From positions 6,676 through 70,675 of the forward strand of contig CAZPLT010000002.1 in the NCBI GenBank assembly GCA_964587855.1: a DNA stretch of 64,000 nt. Reading direction: 5' to 3'. This document shows, in pieces, positions 31,705 to 41,713 of the stretch (within the stretch, counting starts at the first letter, position 1; every line of letters starts with the position of its first letter). This DNA comes from an uncultured Muribaculaceae bacterium (lineage in GTDB: Bacteria > Pseudomonadota > Alphaproteobacteria > Rs-D84). A program made the translations under genes and the position numbers. The notes under the pieces are model-generated. The model did no database searches. It saw only the letters and a program-made list of their open reading frames with translations, and had not been told where the DNA came from.

Positions 31705-32301
31705 ATGATTAAAAAATTCAAAAGCTGGTCTCAGCATATAATTCATATTTTAACTCAACCCCGTCAATTCTTTCCCAAGATAGTTGCAGACGGAAATTTA
31801 GAAGAGTCGATGTTAAAGGCATTCCTGTATGGTTTGTTGGGTGGAATTGCAGTTCTAGCATTGCAATTGATTGGTGGCGCAACAATTACATTTGCTGCTG
31901 TATTTTCTAAATTGATAGTTGTTCCGGTATTGGCAGTTGCTTTGTTATTCTTGCTTGCTGGAATGATGATGATGGTATCTGAAATAACCAGTGGCGAACG
32001 TGACTGGGAAATAGCGGTCAAGGGTTTGGCTTCGGTATTCTTTATTTATCCAATTATTTTAGTTTTAAATTTCTTGGCATGGAATTGTACAACCCTGTGG
32101 ATAATAAGTATATTGGTTGATGGTTATGTATTATTCTTGCTTTATAACATTGGTGTATATTGCATGAAGGGTAATAAAATAAAAGTTATGGTTGTTATTG
32201 GTGCGTTTGCAATTTTTGCAATAACGATTTACGCAACAGATTATCGTCTGGGTTGGTTTATGTTGAAAAACACCGGTGCAGCGTTAAAGTGTTTGGTATA
32301 A
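31705..32301 (+). CDS. Multi-pass membrane protein (Yip1-like architecture), hypothetical
   Basis: ORF in the track; start placed at the internal ATG (MIKKFKSW) to avoid overlap with der. Several hydrophobic segments. Confidence 0.55.
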   Translation: MIKKFKSWSQHIIHILTQPRQFFPKIVADGNLEESMLKAFLYGLLGGIAVLALQLIGGATITFAAVFSKLIVVPVLAVALLFLLAGMMMMVSEITSGERDWEIAVKGLASVFFIYPIILVLNFLAWNCTTLWIISILVDGYVLFLLYNIGVYCMKGNKIKVMVVIGAFAIFAITIYATDYRLGWFMLKNTGAALKCLV

Positions 32302-32308
32302 AAAATAA

Positions 32309-32329
32309 TCCCGCATTGCGGGATTTTTT
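32309..32329. terminator. Bidirectional rho-independent terminator
   Basis: aatcccgcattgcgggattttt hairpin between the membrane protein gene and the porin gene. Confidence 0.75.
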
Positions 32330-32331
32330 AA

Positions 32332-33339
32332 TTAAAACTTTAACATTAATCCGGCTGAAATAAATGGTGATGTTTTGTTTGACGAAACAATACCGCCACT
32401 GGCCCAAACATTCCAAAATTGATCAATTTTATAACGAAGTGAGATTATGCCAGTATGTGCAAAATAATCTTCTGTATTGTGAAATGTGCCGATTTGGGAA
32501 AGCATATAAGATGTTGAAACTGACCATCCAAGTAAATCATAACTGATCCCAGTACCAAAGGAAATGCCATCGGATAAGGTGCCCATTGGTTTTTTATCAT
32601 AAGTGGTCTTTGCATTTAATCCCCAATTCCAGCTGTTGTATTGCAGGTTTAATCCAGCTGAAATCTGACCACGCCAATCTGCATTAACTGGCATTGCATA
32701 AATATCACCAATAAAATTATCTGGGTGTTCTATAAAAGAGCTGCCCAATGATAATGCCAACTTTGTTTTTCCACCTGATTTTTTATATTTAATACCAAAA
32801 TCAAAAGCATCGTTAAAATGATGTTGTTTTGGTGCAAATGAAAACCCAACTTGTATTGGTCCAGGCGCACTGACTATGTTTGCGCGAAATGCAAATTGTG
32901 TTCCAGAAATTGTGCCGCGTGAAATCATAGGTAATGGATCTGCAAAGTCATAAATAATCGAATCATTATTTATACGTAATCCACCAACGTCTGGCAGACC
33001 CAATCCTAATTTTGCAGCGATAGTGTCCGTCCACCCCAGTTCCATGCGTCCCCATGATGATTCAGTATAAACAAAGGCATCCATAAATGGCTTGTCCTGG
33101 TCTATTCCCCATGCGCTGTGTGAAATGGCGGCACCAAATAACAAATCTTTTGATTTGCGATATGTTATTTGCCCACGAGCTTGCCAATCGTTTGCAAGAT
33201 CAGATCTGTCATCAGAAATTACATAACCAGCAGTTCCATAACCAGATAATTTAAAATTCCAATTACTATAATTGTGTTCTAATGCATTTGCAGTAAATGG
33301 CAGGATACAAAAAGTTAAAGGTAAAATTAGTTTTTTCAT
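32332..33339 (-). CDS. Outer membrane beta-barrel porin-like protein
   Basis: Signal peptide, alternating amphipathic strands, C-terminal aromatic residue (..LMLKF). Confidence 0.7.
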   Translation of the reverse strand: MKKLILPLTFCILPFTANALEHNYSNWNFKLSGYGTAGYVISDDRSDLANDWQARGQITYRKSKDLLFGAAISHSAWGIDQDKPFMDAFVYTESSWGRMELGWTDTIAAKLGLGLPDVGGLRINNDSIIYDFADPLPMISRGTISGTQFAFRANIVSAPGPIQVGFSFAPKQHHFNDAFDFGIKYKKSGGKTKLALSLGSSFIEHPDNFIGDIYAMPVNADWRGQISAGLNLQYNSWNWGLNAKTTYDKKPMGTLSDGISFGTGISYDLLGWSVSTSYMLSQIGTFHNTEDYFAHTGIISLRYKIDQFWNVWASGGIVSSNKTSPFISAGLMLKF

Positions 33340-34223
33340 TTTTTTGTTTCCGCTAAGACAGCATTTTGTAATTTTGCAAATGCCCGTTCTTCTATTTGAC
33401 GTACACGCTCGCGCGAGATTCCATATTCACCAGCCAATTGTTCCAATGTTTTAACAGGATCTGACATTCTGCGTGCAATTAAAATTGCGCGATCGCGTTC
33501 TGGTAAATCAACCAAATGCTTTTTCAAAAGAGCCATACCAGATTTTCGCATTTGAAATGCTTCTAATCGATCTTCAATAGATTCGGTTTTATCTTCTAGA
33601 TTAGAAAGAAGATCTGTAGAATCTGAATCTTGGTGCGCGGGTGCGTTCAGCGATACATCACGTGCACCCATTCTTTGCGCCATACGCGAAACATCTTTTT
33701 CATTAACGTCCAGATATTCAGCAATTTGTTTTACTTCGTCTGGGGATATATTTCCGGTCATTATACCAAGTGCACGTTTGGCGCGAGACAGGTTAAAGAA
33801 AACGCGTTTTTGATTTGCTGATGTTCCGATTTTAACCATTGACCAATTAGAAAGGATTAAATCGTACATTTCTGCCTTGATCCAAAACATGGCATAGGTT
33901 GAAAAGCGAAACCCTTTTTCTGGATCGAATTTTTGCAGGGCCTGCATCAACCCCAAATTCCCAGATGCAATTAAATCGGATACAGGCAGACCATAATTTT
34001 TAAATTCATAGGCAACGGCCACCACCATACGCAAATGCGAAGTAATTAATTTCTCGGCCGCATCAGAATCATGCTGGGATGACCAAGCGTTTGCATATTC
34101 GTATTCCTCGCTTGCGGTTAAAATAGGGTATTTTTTGATATAATCGATATAGCGCGCCAAAGAATAGTCATCTGAAATGGCGGGCAGGGTCGAACTTTTA
34201 ATAGTTGGCAGTATTTCTGACAT
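33336..34223 (-). CDS. rpoH: RNA polymerase sigma-32 factor RpoH
   Basis: Sigma-70 regions 2 and 4 plus an RpoH box-like QKRVFFNLSRAKR. Confidence 0.9.
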   Translation of the reverse strand: MSEILPTIKSSTLPAISDDYSLARYIDYIKKYPILTASEEYEYANAWSSQHDSDAAEKLITSHLRMVVAVAYEFKNYGLPVSDLIASGNLGLMQALQKFDPEKGFRFSTYAMFWIKAEMYDLILSNWSMVKIGTSANQKRVFFNLSRAKRALGIMTGNISPDEVKQIAEYLDVNEKDVSRMAQRMGARDVSLNAPAHQDSDSTDLLSNLEDKTESIEDRLEAFQMRKSGMALLKKHLVDLPERDRAILIARRMSDPVKTLEQLAGEYGISRERVRQIEERAFAKLQNAVLAETKK

Positions 34224-34313
34224 AAATCCATTATAGGGCAGATGGCACTAAAAATCAACTTGCGGGCAGGGGATAAAATTACTATGATTTTACAAAACCA
34301 AAAGGAATAAGTA

Positions 34314-34997
34314 ATGGCGAATATGTTATCGCATAACAAAAATATTAAACCAACCAAGAAAACTATGGAAGAACACGCCGAAGACGCGTTGTATCGTGAA
34401 ATTACCGAAGAAGTTCACGCAGAAAAAGTATATAACTTTGTAAAAAAGCATATGCGTGCTTTTATTGCGGGCGCAATAATGGCCGTAATTTTAGTTGTGG
34501 CGTTTCAATTATATCGTAATTATCGTGCAAATTCTGCAAGTGCCCAGGCAAAAATATTTGAATCTGCTATTGTGATGAGTGCAAATGGGGATATGGCTGG
34601 TGCAGACGCTGAATTTGCCCGTGCTGCTGCAAAATCTTCGGGCGGGATGGGTGATTTGGCATTGTGGGAATCCGCAATGATGGATTTACGCACTGGTAAG
34701 GGGATTGTAAAACTGGAAAAATTAGCTGCTGATGGTTCAACTCGTGATTTTCGTGATTTGGCTTTAATCAGACTTTCAACGATTCGTGGTGATTCGATGT
34801 CAGCAGAAGAATTTGAAAAGTTTTTATCGCCAGTTTTAACCCAAAAGTCACCTTTTTATTATACTGGTATGCTGTTGGTTGCACAAAAATATGTATCAAC
34901 AGGGGATAAAGACAGTGCAAACAAATGGTTGAATAAAATAGTTAGCGACAAACAAACACCATCCATAATTATTGCAATGGCAGAAAGTTTAAGATAA
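34314..34997 (+). CDS. YfgM-like membrane-anchored TPR-like protein
   Basis: N-terminal TM anchor followed by a helical repeat domain. It is followed by a BamB-like lipoprotein gene, as in the conserved yfgM-bamB pair. Confidence 0.55.
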   Translation: MANMLSHNKNIKPTKKTMEEHAEDALYREITEEVHAEKVYNFVKKHMRAFIAGAIMAVILVVAFQLYRNYRANSASAQAKIFESAIVMSANGDMAGADAEFARAAAKSSGGMGDLALWESAMMDLRTGKGIVKLEKLAADGSTRDFRDLALIRLSTIRGDSMSAEEFEKFLSPVLTQKSPFYYTGMLLVAQKYVSTGDKDSANKWLNKIVSDKQTPSIIIAMAESLR

Positions 34998-35764
34998 TGA
35001 AAAAAACATATCTGATATTATTTTTGTTGGTATCTTTTGTTGGGGCATGTTCTAAACCAGATCCAATTTTGCCAGGGTTAAGAACCCCTGTGTTTGGTAC
35101 ATCAGAACCAGTCTTGTTGGGCAACATTCCAACAGATGTGGTAGCAGACAGCTTTAATCGCATAAAGACCCCAGAAAAACAAACAAAATACGAACAAAAT
35201 CTTAATAATGAAGTTTTTGAAGTATCTGCTGATGGCGCAAAAAGAAAAATATTTGCGGGATTTCCAACCGAAACGAAAATAGATTCCCCCAGAATTCCCG
35301 TTCTGTATAAAAATTTCATTTATATTGGATTAACAACAGGTGAAGTAATAAAACTTAATCCAAAGACAAAAAATATAGAATGGATTGCTGATATTTATAA
35401 AGATATGGATATGTTAAGTGTTGGTTCTGTACTGGATGTAGTTGCATCGCCCGTAATTGATGAAGACAGATTATTCGCAGGTGGTATGGGGCGTGCTTTT
35501 TGTCAGATAAATATTTCAAATGGTGATAAAAAATGGTGCGCGGACATATCTGTTGCGACACCATTCTTGATTGCGGGGGATATTGCTTTTGTTGTTGGAA
35601 CAGATTCACGTTTGTATGCAATAAATACTAAAAATGGTGGAATATATTGGATAACTGATGTTAAAAAATCGGTCCAACCACGTATGGAAATCGAAGATGA
35701 GAAATATTTTGTAATCGTTGGCAAACAATGGTTTGATGCCACCAGCGGTGTAGATGATGATTAA
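34997..35764 (+). CDS. PQQ-repeat beta-propeller lipoprotein (BamB-like, short)
   Basis: Lipobox (FVGACSK) and PQQ-like repeats (LYAINTKNGGIYW). Confidence 0.6.
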   Translation: MKKTYLILFLLVSFVGACSKPDPILPGLRTPVFGTSEPVLLGNIPTDVVADSFNRIKTPEKQTKYEQNLNNEVFEVSADGAKRKIFAGFPTETKIDSPRIPVLYKNFIYIGLTTGEVIKLNPKTKNIEWIADIYKDMDMLSVGSVLDVVASPVIDEDRLFAGGMGRAFCQINISNGDKKWCADISVATPFLIAGDIAFVVGTDSRLYAINTKNGGIYWITDVKKSVQPRMEIEDEKYFVIVGKQWFDATSGVDDD

Positions 35765-36482
35765 GAAAGTATTATTTAATATTCTTGATTTTTTCTTTCC
35801 CCCAACATGTCCAATTTGTAAAAACCCGGTATCCGAACATGGAACCTTGTGCCATGATTGTTGGGGTAAATTTAATTGGATTTCTGATCCAAAATGTCAT
35901 ATTTGCGGATATCCGTTTCCTGCTAATTTAGATCTGGGGGTACGCCCGATGTGTCCCGTGTGTGCAGCTGGTGAAAACGAGCTGGATTGGATGCGCAGCG
36001 CATGTGTTTACGATGAGTTTTCACGGGATATAATGTTGCCATTTAAGCACGCAGGGCAAATTCATTATCAAAGAATTATGAGTCGTGCAATGATTATGGC
36101 GTTGAGGGAAATGAACGAAAAAGTTGATATTGTTATGCCAGTACCACTTTCAAATCGCCGTTTGTTTAAACGCGGGTATAATCAAGCAACTTTGTTAGCG
36201 CGACCAATCGCGAAATATTTAAATACCAGACTGGATATTGATTCTATTCATCGTAAACATCGCTCGGACATGGGACATAAGAATGCTAAACAAAGAGCGG
36301 ATAATATTCGCGGAGTCTTTGCTGTGATGCGTCCAGAGAAGATTACGGGTAAAACAATTTTGTTGGTTGATGATGTTATGACAACTGGCGCTACATTTGC
36401 AGAATTACACCGCGCATTAAAGAAAGCAGGGGCAGACAAGGTAATTGGAATAACTTTTTGTCGGGTTGTTCGTGCGATTTAA
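35754..36482 (+). CDS. comF: ComF family phosphoribosyltransferase-domain protein
   Basis: N-terminal Cys-rich zinc finger and C-terminal PRTase motif LLVDDVMTTGAT. Confidence 0.85.
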   Translation: MMIKKVLFNILDFFFPPTCPICKNPVSEHGTLCHDCWGKFNWISDPKCHICGYPFPANLDLGVRPMCPVCAAGENELDWMRSACVYDEFSRDIMLPFKHAGQIHYQRIMSRAMIMALREMNEKVDIVMPVPLSNRRLFKRGYNQATLLARPIAKYLNTRLDIDSIHRKHRSDMGHKNAKQRADNIRGVFAVMRPEKITGKTILLVDDVMTTGATFAELHRALKKAGADKVIGITFCRVVRAI

Positions 36483-36555
36483 TTAAATTGCTTTTCGTAT
36501 TTTTATATGCTAGTTTTCTTATTAATCCGATATAAGAATTAAACAAGGAATAAAA

Positions 36556-37080
36556 ATGAAAAAAATTATACCGATTGCTTTTATGATTTTGCCATTTTCG
36601 GCAAATGCAATGCCACTTACTGGATTTTACCAAACAGTTGATGATGAAATACATAAACCAAAATCAATTGTTGCATTATACGAATGCAAAAATGAAGATG
36701 AGGCTAAATTATGTGGTCGTATAATCGCACTTTATGATTTGGAAACTGGCAAAATATCAGAAACTTTGAATAAACCTGTTCGTATTGCAGATAATGTTAA
36801 AGGTGCACCAAAAATGGCCGGGTTGGATATTCTTTGGGATATGGAATGGGACGAAGACGATACTGAATATTCAGGTGGAAAAATTATGGACCCCAAAAAG
36901 GGCAGTGTTTATTCATCTGTAATTTGGCAAGAAGAAAACGAACCAACTAAATTACGTGTTCGTGGAAAAATTGGACCATTTGGACGTACTCAAACTTGGA
37001 ACGTTATGAAAAAATCAGATTTACCAAAAGATTTGCAAAAATTAGATACCGGCAAATGGGAAGTATTAGTCGTTAAATAG
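36556..37080 (+). CDS. DUF2147 domain secreted protein
   Basis: Signal peptide and DUF2147-like motifs (GKIMDPKKGSVYS). Confidence 0.6.
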   Translation: MKKIIPIAFMILPFSANAMPLTGFYQTVDDEIHKPKSIVALYECKNEDEAKLCGRIIALYDLETGKISETLNKPVRIADNVKGAPKMAGLDILWDMEWDEDDTEYSGGKIMDPKKGSVYSSVIWQEENEPTKLRVRGKIGPFGRTQTWNVMKKSDLPKDLQKLDTGKWEVLVVK

Positions 37081-37167
37081 CGGGATGCGCAATTTGCGTA
37101 TTCCGCAATGCTGCGCTTGAAACGCAGCATTTTTAATTGTAAAATACTGGCGAAAAAAGGAAATAAT

Positions 37168-39549
37168 ATGAATATCGAGCTTGGTAAAAATATTGCCCCA
37201 CGTGAAATAGAGACACGTATTCAAAAATTTTGGGATGAAAATAATTTTTGGGAAAATGATGTAGCAAGTAAAAAGCCCGCTTTTTGCATGATGATGCCAC
37301 CACCAAATATAACGGGCAGTTTACATATGGGCCATGCGCTGGATAATGTTTTGACTGATATAATATGTCGTTATAAAAGAATGGATGGTTTTGATGTTTT
37401 GTGGCAACCGGGGACCGATCATGCATCAATTGCTACGCAATTATTGGTAGAGCGTGAACTTTCTAAAAATGGTATAAATCCACACAGCCTGTCAAAACAA
37501 GAATTATTGGATTATGCATACAAATGGAAAGAAGAAAAGGGTGGGCAGATAGTCAATCAATTACACGTTTTGGGTGTTACGCCTGTTTGGTCGCGTTCGC
37601 GCTTTACAATGGATGATGGTTTGTCGCGTGCGGTTATTAAACTTTTTGTTAAAATGTATAACGAAGGTTTAATTTACAAAGCGCGCCGTTTGGTTAACTG
37701 GTGTCCAAAACAACAAACAACAATTTCTGATTTAGAAATAGAAACACGTGAAGAGAAAGGCAAATTTTATTATTTCAATTATCCATTAAAAGATGGTGGC
37801 ACTATAGAAATTGCAACGACCAGACCAGAAACTTTATTTGGTGATACAGCAATTGCGATTCATCCAAAAAATGAAAAATTAAAACACTTTATTGGTCAAA
37901 CAGCAATCATCCCATTAACTGATATAGAAATTCCAGTTATCGCAGATGAACATGCCGATCCTGAAAAGGGAACAGGTGCGGTGAAAATTACACCGGCGCA
38001 CGACCAAGATGACTGGGCTGTTGGGCAACGTCATAATTTAGAACCTTTGTGCATTTTAACGCCTGATGCAAAAATGGCAGTGGTTAATCAAGTTCCAAAA
38101 AAATATCAGGGCTTGGACAGATTCGAAGCACGTAAACAAATAATGGCGGACATAGAAGCGGCCGGATTGTTGATAAAGGTAGAAGATAAAACAATTCCAA
38201 CCCCTTATTCGCAGCGTGGTAATTGTGTTATTGAATATATGGTTCGTGATGAATGGTTTGTTGATGCGAAAAAATTATCTGTTCGCGCAATGGAGGTTGC
38301 GGAAAATGGTGAACTTGGGTTTATACCAGAACACAGAAAAAATTTGTATATGGCATGGCTAAAAGATATCCATGAATGGAGTATTTCACGTCAATTATGG
38401 TGGGGGCATCAAATTCCAGCATGGTATGACGACCAGGGTAATGTTTATGTAGTAGAAGATGAATCAAAGTTACCAAAAGACAAAAAGTTGACCCGTGATG
38501 AATCTTGTTTGGATACTTGGTTTTCGTCTGCTTTGTGGCCATTTTCAACACTTGGTTGGCCAGATAAAACACCAGAACTGGAAAAATATTATCCAACTGA
38601 TTTATTGATAACAGGGACAGATTTAATTTTCTTTTGGGTTGCCCGTATGACGATGATGGGAATGTATACCATGGAACAGGTTCCTTTTCGCACGGTAGAT
38701 TTTCACGGAATGGTCAGGGATTCCAAGGGACAAAAAATGTCCAAAACCAAGGGTAATGGAACAAATCCGCTGGATGTTATAGAAAAATATGGAACGGACG
38801 CTTTGCGTTATTGGGTAACCACAACCCCAATCGGGCAAGATATTAAATATTCCGAAGATGAGGTTAAGCGTGGTAATAAATTGCTAACTAAACTTTGGAA
38901 TGCATCAAAATATGTTTTGATGAATTTAAAAGATTTCGATGAAAATCCAAAACCAACAGAAATTGAAAACAGATTTATAGAAGACAGATGGCTTTTGCTT
39001 GAACTAAATAAAACCGTTGTAGAAGTGCGAAAACACATGGATAAATATGATACCTTTAACGCACGCGCGGCCATTGATACTTTCTTTTATGATGTATTTT
39101 GTGATCAATACTTGGAATTTATAAAAGACAGATTTTGGACCCCCGAAAATTACAGTCCGGAATCAAAACTTGCAGCGCAATGGACACTATGGGAAGTTTT
39201 GCGCGAAATTATCGGTTTGTATGCACCTTTTGTACCGTTTATTACGGAAGAGCTGTATCAAAAGATATATGCAGATGAATCCAAGACTTTGCATTTAACC
39301 AGTTATCCGGTAATCCAAAAAGAAAGAGATACAGATGTATCAAAAATGGAAGTTGCGCTGGATATATTAAAAAGGATTCGTGGATTGCGTACGGATTACA
39401 AATTGGGTAATGGCGCAAAATTGGAAAAAGTAATTCTGGATTTTGAAATTCCAAATGAATTAAATGGTGTTATAAAATCTGGATCGCGCGCTGATACAAT
39501 AGAATTTGGAAATAAATTTGATATAGTGGTAAAACAAAATGAACAGTAA
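37168..39549 (+). CDS. valS: Valyl-tRNA synthetase (short form, about 794 aa)
   Basis: HMGH class I motif (PPPNITGSLHMGHAL) and KMSKS (KMSKTKGN). It lacks the long C-terminal coiled coil of typical bacterial ValRS. The start is taken at MNIELGKN. Confidence 0.9.
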   Translation: MNIELGKNIAPREIETRIQKFWDENNFWENDVASKKPAFCMMMPPPNITGSLHMGHALDNVLTDIICRYKRMDGFDVLWQPGTDHASIATQLLVERELSKNGINPHSLSKQELLDYAYKWKEEKGGQIVNQLHVLGVTPVWSRSRFTMDDGLSRAVIKLFVKMYNEGLIYKARRLVNWCPKQQTTISDLEIETREEKGKFYYFNYPLKDGGTIEIATTRPETLFGDTAIAIHPKNEKLKHFIGQTAIIPLTDIEIPVIADEHADPEKGTGAVKITPAHDQDDWAVGQRHNLEPLCILTPDAKMAVVNQVPKKYQGLDRFEARKQIMADIEAAGLLIKVEDKTIPTPYSQRGNCVIEYMVRDEWFVDAKKLSVRAMEVAENGELGFIPEHRKNLYMAWLKDIHEWSISRQLWWGHQIPAWYDDQGNVYVVEDESKLPKDKKLTRDESCLDTWFSSALWPFSTLGWPDKTPELEKYYPTDLLITGTDLIFFWVARMTMMGMYTMEQVPFRTVDFHGMVRDSKGQKMSKTKGNGTNPLDVIEKYGTDALRYWVTTTPIGQDIKYSEDEVKRGNKLLTKLWNASKYVLMNLKDFDENPKPTEIENRFIEDRWLLLELNKTVVEVRKHMDKYDTFNARAAIDTFFYDVFCDQYLEFIKDRFWTPENYSPESKLAAQWTLWEVLREIIGLYAPFVPFITEELYQKIYADESKTLHLTSYPVIQKERDTDVSKMEVALDILKRIRGLRTDYKLGNGAKLEKVILDFEIPNELNGVIKSGSRADTIEFGNKFDIVVKQNEQ

Positions 39550-40267
39550 ATATACTGAAAACAAAATAGTAAAAACTTATCAGTGTGATAAAAATGGGTT
39601 TATTCGCCCAGTTATTCTGATGAATTATTTGCAAGACGTTGCAGATACTCATGCTGAAATTTTGGGTGCTGGACGCGTGTTTTGTATAGAAAAAGGAATT
39701 GCGTGGGTTGTAACTCATTATTTGGTGGATATTATTCAGTTGCCACGTGAATCTGACGAGCTGGTTATTACAACCTGGCCGGCGGCACATGGCCCGTTAA
39801 AAGCGATTCGTGATTTTGAGATTCATGGGACGGACGGACGATTGATGATTCGTGCCACCAGTCAATGGATTTTGATAAATACTGCTTTGCGTATACCTCT
39901 GCGATTAAGCGAGTATCTGCCCAGTGATTGGGCATCTGGGATTGGGCGCGCTTTGGATTTGGTATTTGAAAAATTCCCAGATTTCGAACCAAATCAAAAA
40001 GACAATAAATTTTTGGTGCGTTATGATGATGTTGATATAAATCAGCATGTAAATAATGCAATCTATGCAAAATGGGCAACAGAAAGTGTTGATTTTAATT
40101 TTCGAGATACGCACAATCTGCGCAAAATATATCTGAACTTTAAAAAAGAAATACCATTTGATACAAAAGAAGCAGTTGTCGAAACGGCAATTGATGGATT
40201 CGTCAGTCGACATAAAATAAAAACCAGTGATATAGAAAACGCGAATGTAATCTGTGAATGGAAATAA
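39539..40267 (+). CDS. Acyl-ACP thioesterase family protein
   Basis: Tandem hot-dog fold with acyl-ACP thioesterase similarity; 242 aa. Confidence 0.75.
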   Translation: MNSKYTENKIVKTYQCDKNGFIRPVILMNYLQDVADTHAEILGAGRVFCIEKGIAWVVTHYLVDIIQLPRESDELVITTWPAAHGPLKAIRDFEIHGTDGRLMIRATSQWILINTALRIPLRLSEYLPSDWASGIGRALDLVFEKFPDFEPNQKDNKFLVRYDDVDINQHVNNAIYAKWATESVDFNFRDTHNLRKIYLNFKKEIPFDTKEAVVETAIDGFVSRHKIKTSDIENANVICEWK

Positions 40268-40359
40268 AGCCATTTTTATTTTGCGTGGGCTGTATTTTTT
40301 TATTTTTTTATAAATAATTATATGTTATAATTTACACAAAGAGTTTTTTAGGGGGAATT

Positions 40360-41655
40360 ATGAAAAAGATATTATTTACATTTATGGGTTTGCTTATTTG
40401 CGTCAATGCACATGCGTTGGATGGCAAAAGTTATGCAGCTGGTGCGGCAACAGTTATTTTAGCACCAGTGGTTTTGGCTACTGTCACACCGGCATTCGCA
40501 GTATTAGCCCCAACGGTTGCAGTAACGGGTATGGCAGCTGTAACGACAGGTTTGGCAGCTGTTGGTACAGCTTCTATAATTGCTTTGCCCGTTGCGACAA
40601 CAATTTTAACTATTAAAGCGATTCAGAAAATAGATGATGACCATTTTGTTGATGTAGAAGGAAAAAATCTTGGTTGTAATACAGCAGATGACACACATGT
40701 AGATGTTGGTTATACTGCCTTTTGTCAGTATCCACAAACAAATACTTGTATGAATACAAATATAGGTAAAACTAATCAGGATTCAAGTTTGGGTTCAAAA
40801 ATTTCTTCTATCGGGGGAAACGATGAATGGGAAGGATGTAAAAACACATATTGTAGGGGATATAGTGGAAGTGTACCGGAAAATGCAATCCCTGTTATGG
40901 ATAATTCATCATATAAATGCTGGTGGTGGTCTTGTGTTAATGGTTTTACTCAAAAAGGTGACAGATGTGCTTGTATTGGAAAAAAACCATATATTACGAA
41001 AGATGCAAAAGGTATAACGGTTTGTGCTGAATGTACTGGTAAAAATCAATATCGTACAAAAAACGCCGAAGGTGAAACTATTTGTGCGGTTTGTAATGAA
41101 CCTTATATATTGGACGGTGAAAAATGTATAGAAAAACCAAAACCTGTAAATCCTGTAAAACCAAAACCTGTAAATCCTGTAAAACCAAAACCAGATGATA
41201 AAACAAAACCAGATGATAATAAAACTGACAATCGCACTGAATGCGACAAAGGTACAGCTGGTTATGTGCTTTTTGAAGGTAGTTGTATAAAAACAGATGA
41301 AAAAGATGCGATTGAGAAAAAACGCGAGGAAGAACATATTGCTAAAGAAAAGGCAGATAAAATAGCATCCTTGCAGACACAAATTGCTGCTTCGGCCAGC
41401 GCTTCTGAAGAAATAGAGACAAAGTATTTATCTGGCAAAAAATCTGTTTGGAAAAATGCTGATGGCGAGTTTAATAAATCACGTCTGGCTTCGGATTCTA
41501 TTGCTGGTGTTGTTCTTGGTGCCTCAGGTGGGTTGATTACTCACAGTATTATAAAAAAGAATCAGATTAAAAAAGGGCTGGAAGATGTTGCTTGCTTCGT
41601 AGGCGATTCTGAAGTAGCCGAATATGGTGATGAATTTACAATAGGATTGAATTAA
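40360..41655 (+). CDS. Secreted Cys-rich protein with Pro-Lys tandem repeats
   Basis: Signal peptide, many Cys, PKPVNPVK x2 and KPDD repeats, coiled-coil-like C-terminal part. No family recognised. Confidence 0.7.
   Translation: MKKILFTFMGLLICVNAHALDGKSYAAGAATVILAPVVLATVTPAFAVLAPTVAVTGMAAVTTGLAAVGTASIIALPVATTILTIKAIQKIDDDHFVDVEGKNLGCNTADDTHVDVGYTAFCQYPQTNTCMNTNIGKTNQDSSLGSKISSIGGNDEWEGCKNTYCRGYSGSVPENAIPVMDNSSYKCWWWSCVNGFTQKGDRCACIGKKPYITKDAKGITVCAECTGKNQYRTKNAEGETICAVCNEPYILDGEKCIEKPKPVNPVKPKPVNPVKPKPDDKTKPDDNKTDNRTECDKGTAGYVLFEGSCIKTDEKDAIEKKREEEHIAKEKADKIASLQTQIAASASASEEIETKYLSGKKSVWKNADGEFNKSRLASDSIAGVVLGASGGLITHSIIKKNQIKKGLEDVACFVGDSEVAEYGDEFTIGLN
41134..41220 (+). repeat. In-frame coding tandem repeats (24-bp unit x2, then a roughly 18-bp unit x2)
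   Basis: aaaccaaaacctgtaaatcctgta is repeated twice, followed by two copies of aaaccagatgata-like units inside the secreted-protein gene. Confidence 0.8.
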
Positions 41656-41713
41656 AAGTCCTATTTCGCAGAAAGCGGGGTTTGGACATAGTTTTTTAGG
41701 AGAAGGTGTTAAA

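Noticed and set aside
41134-41220. Short perfect direct repeats that could be mistaken for a CRISPR-like array
   Set aside because: There are only two copies of each unit and they are contiguous without spacers. They sit in-frame inside a CDS, encoding PKPVNPVK repeats.
40909-41382. Minus-strand 157-aa ORF rich in F/I/Y
   Set aside because: It is antisense to the secreted Cys-rich protein gene, and its repeats are mirror images of the coding tandem repeats.
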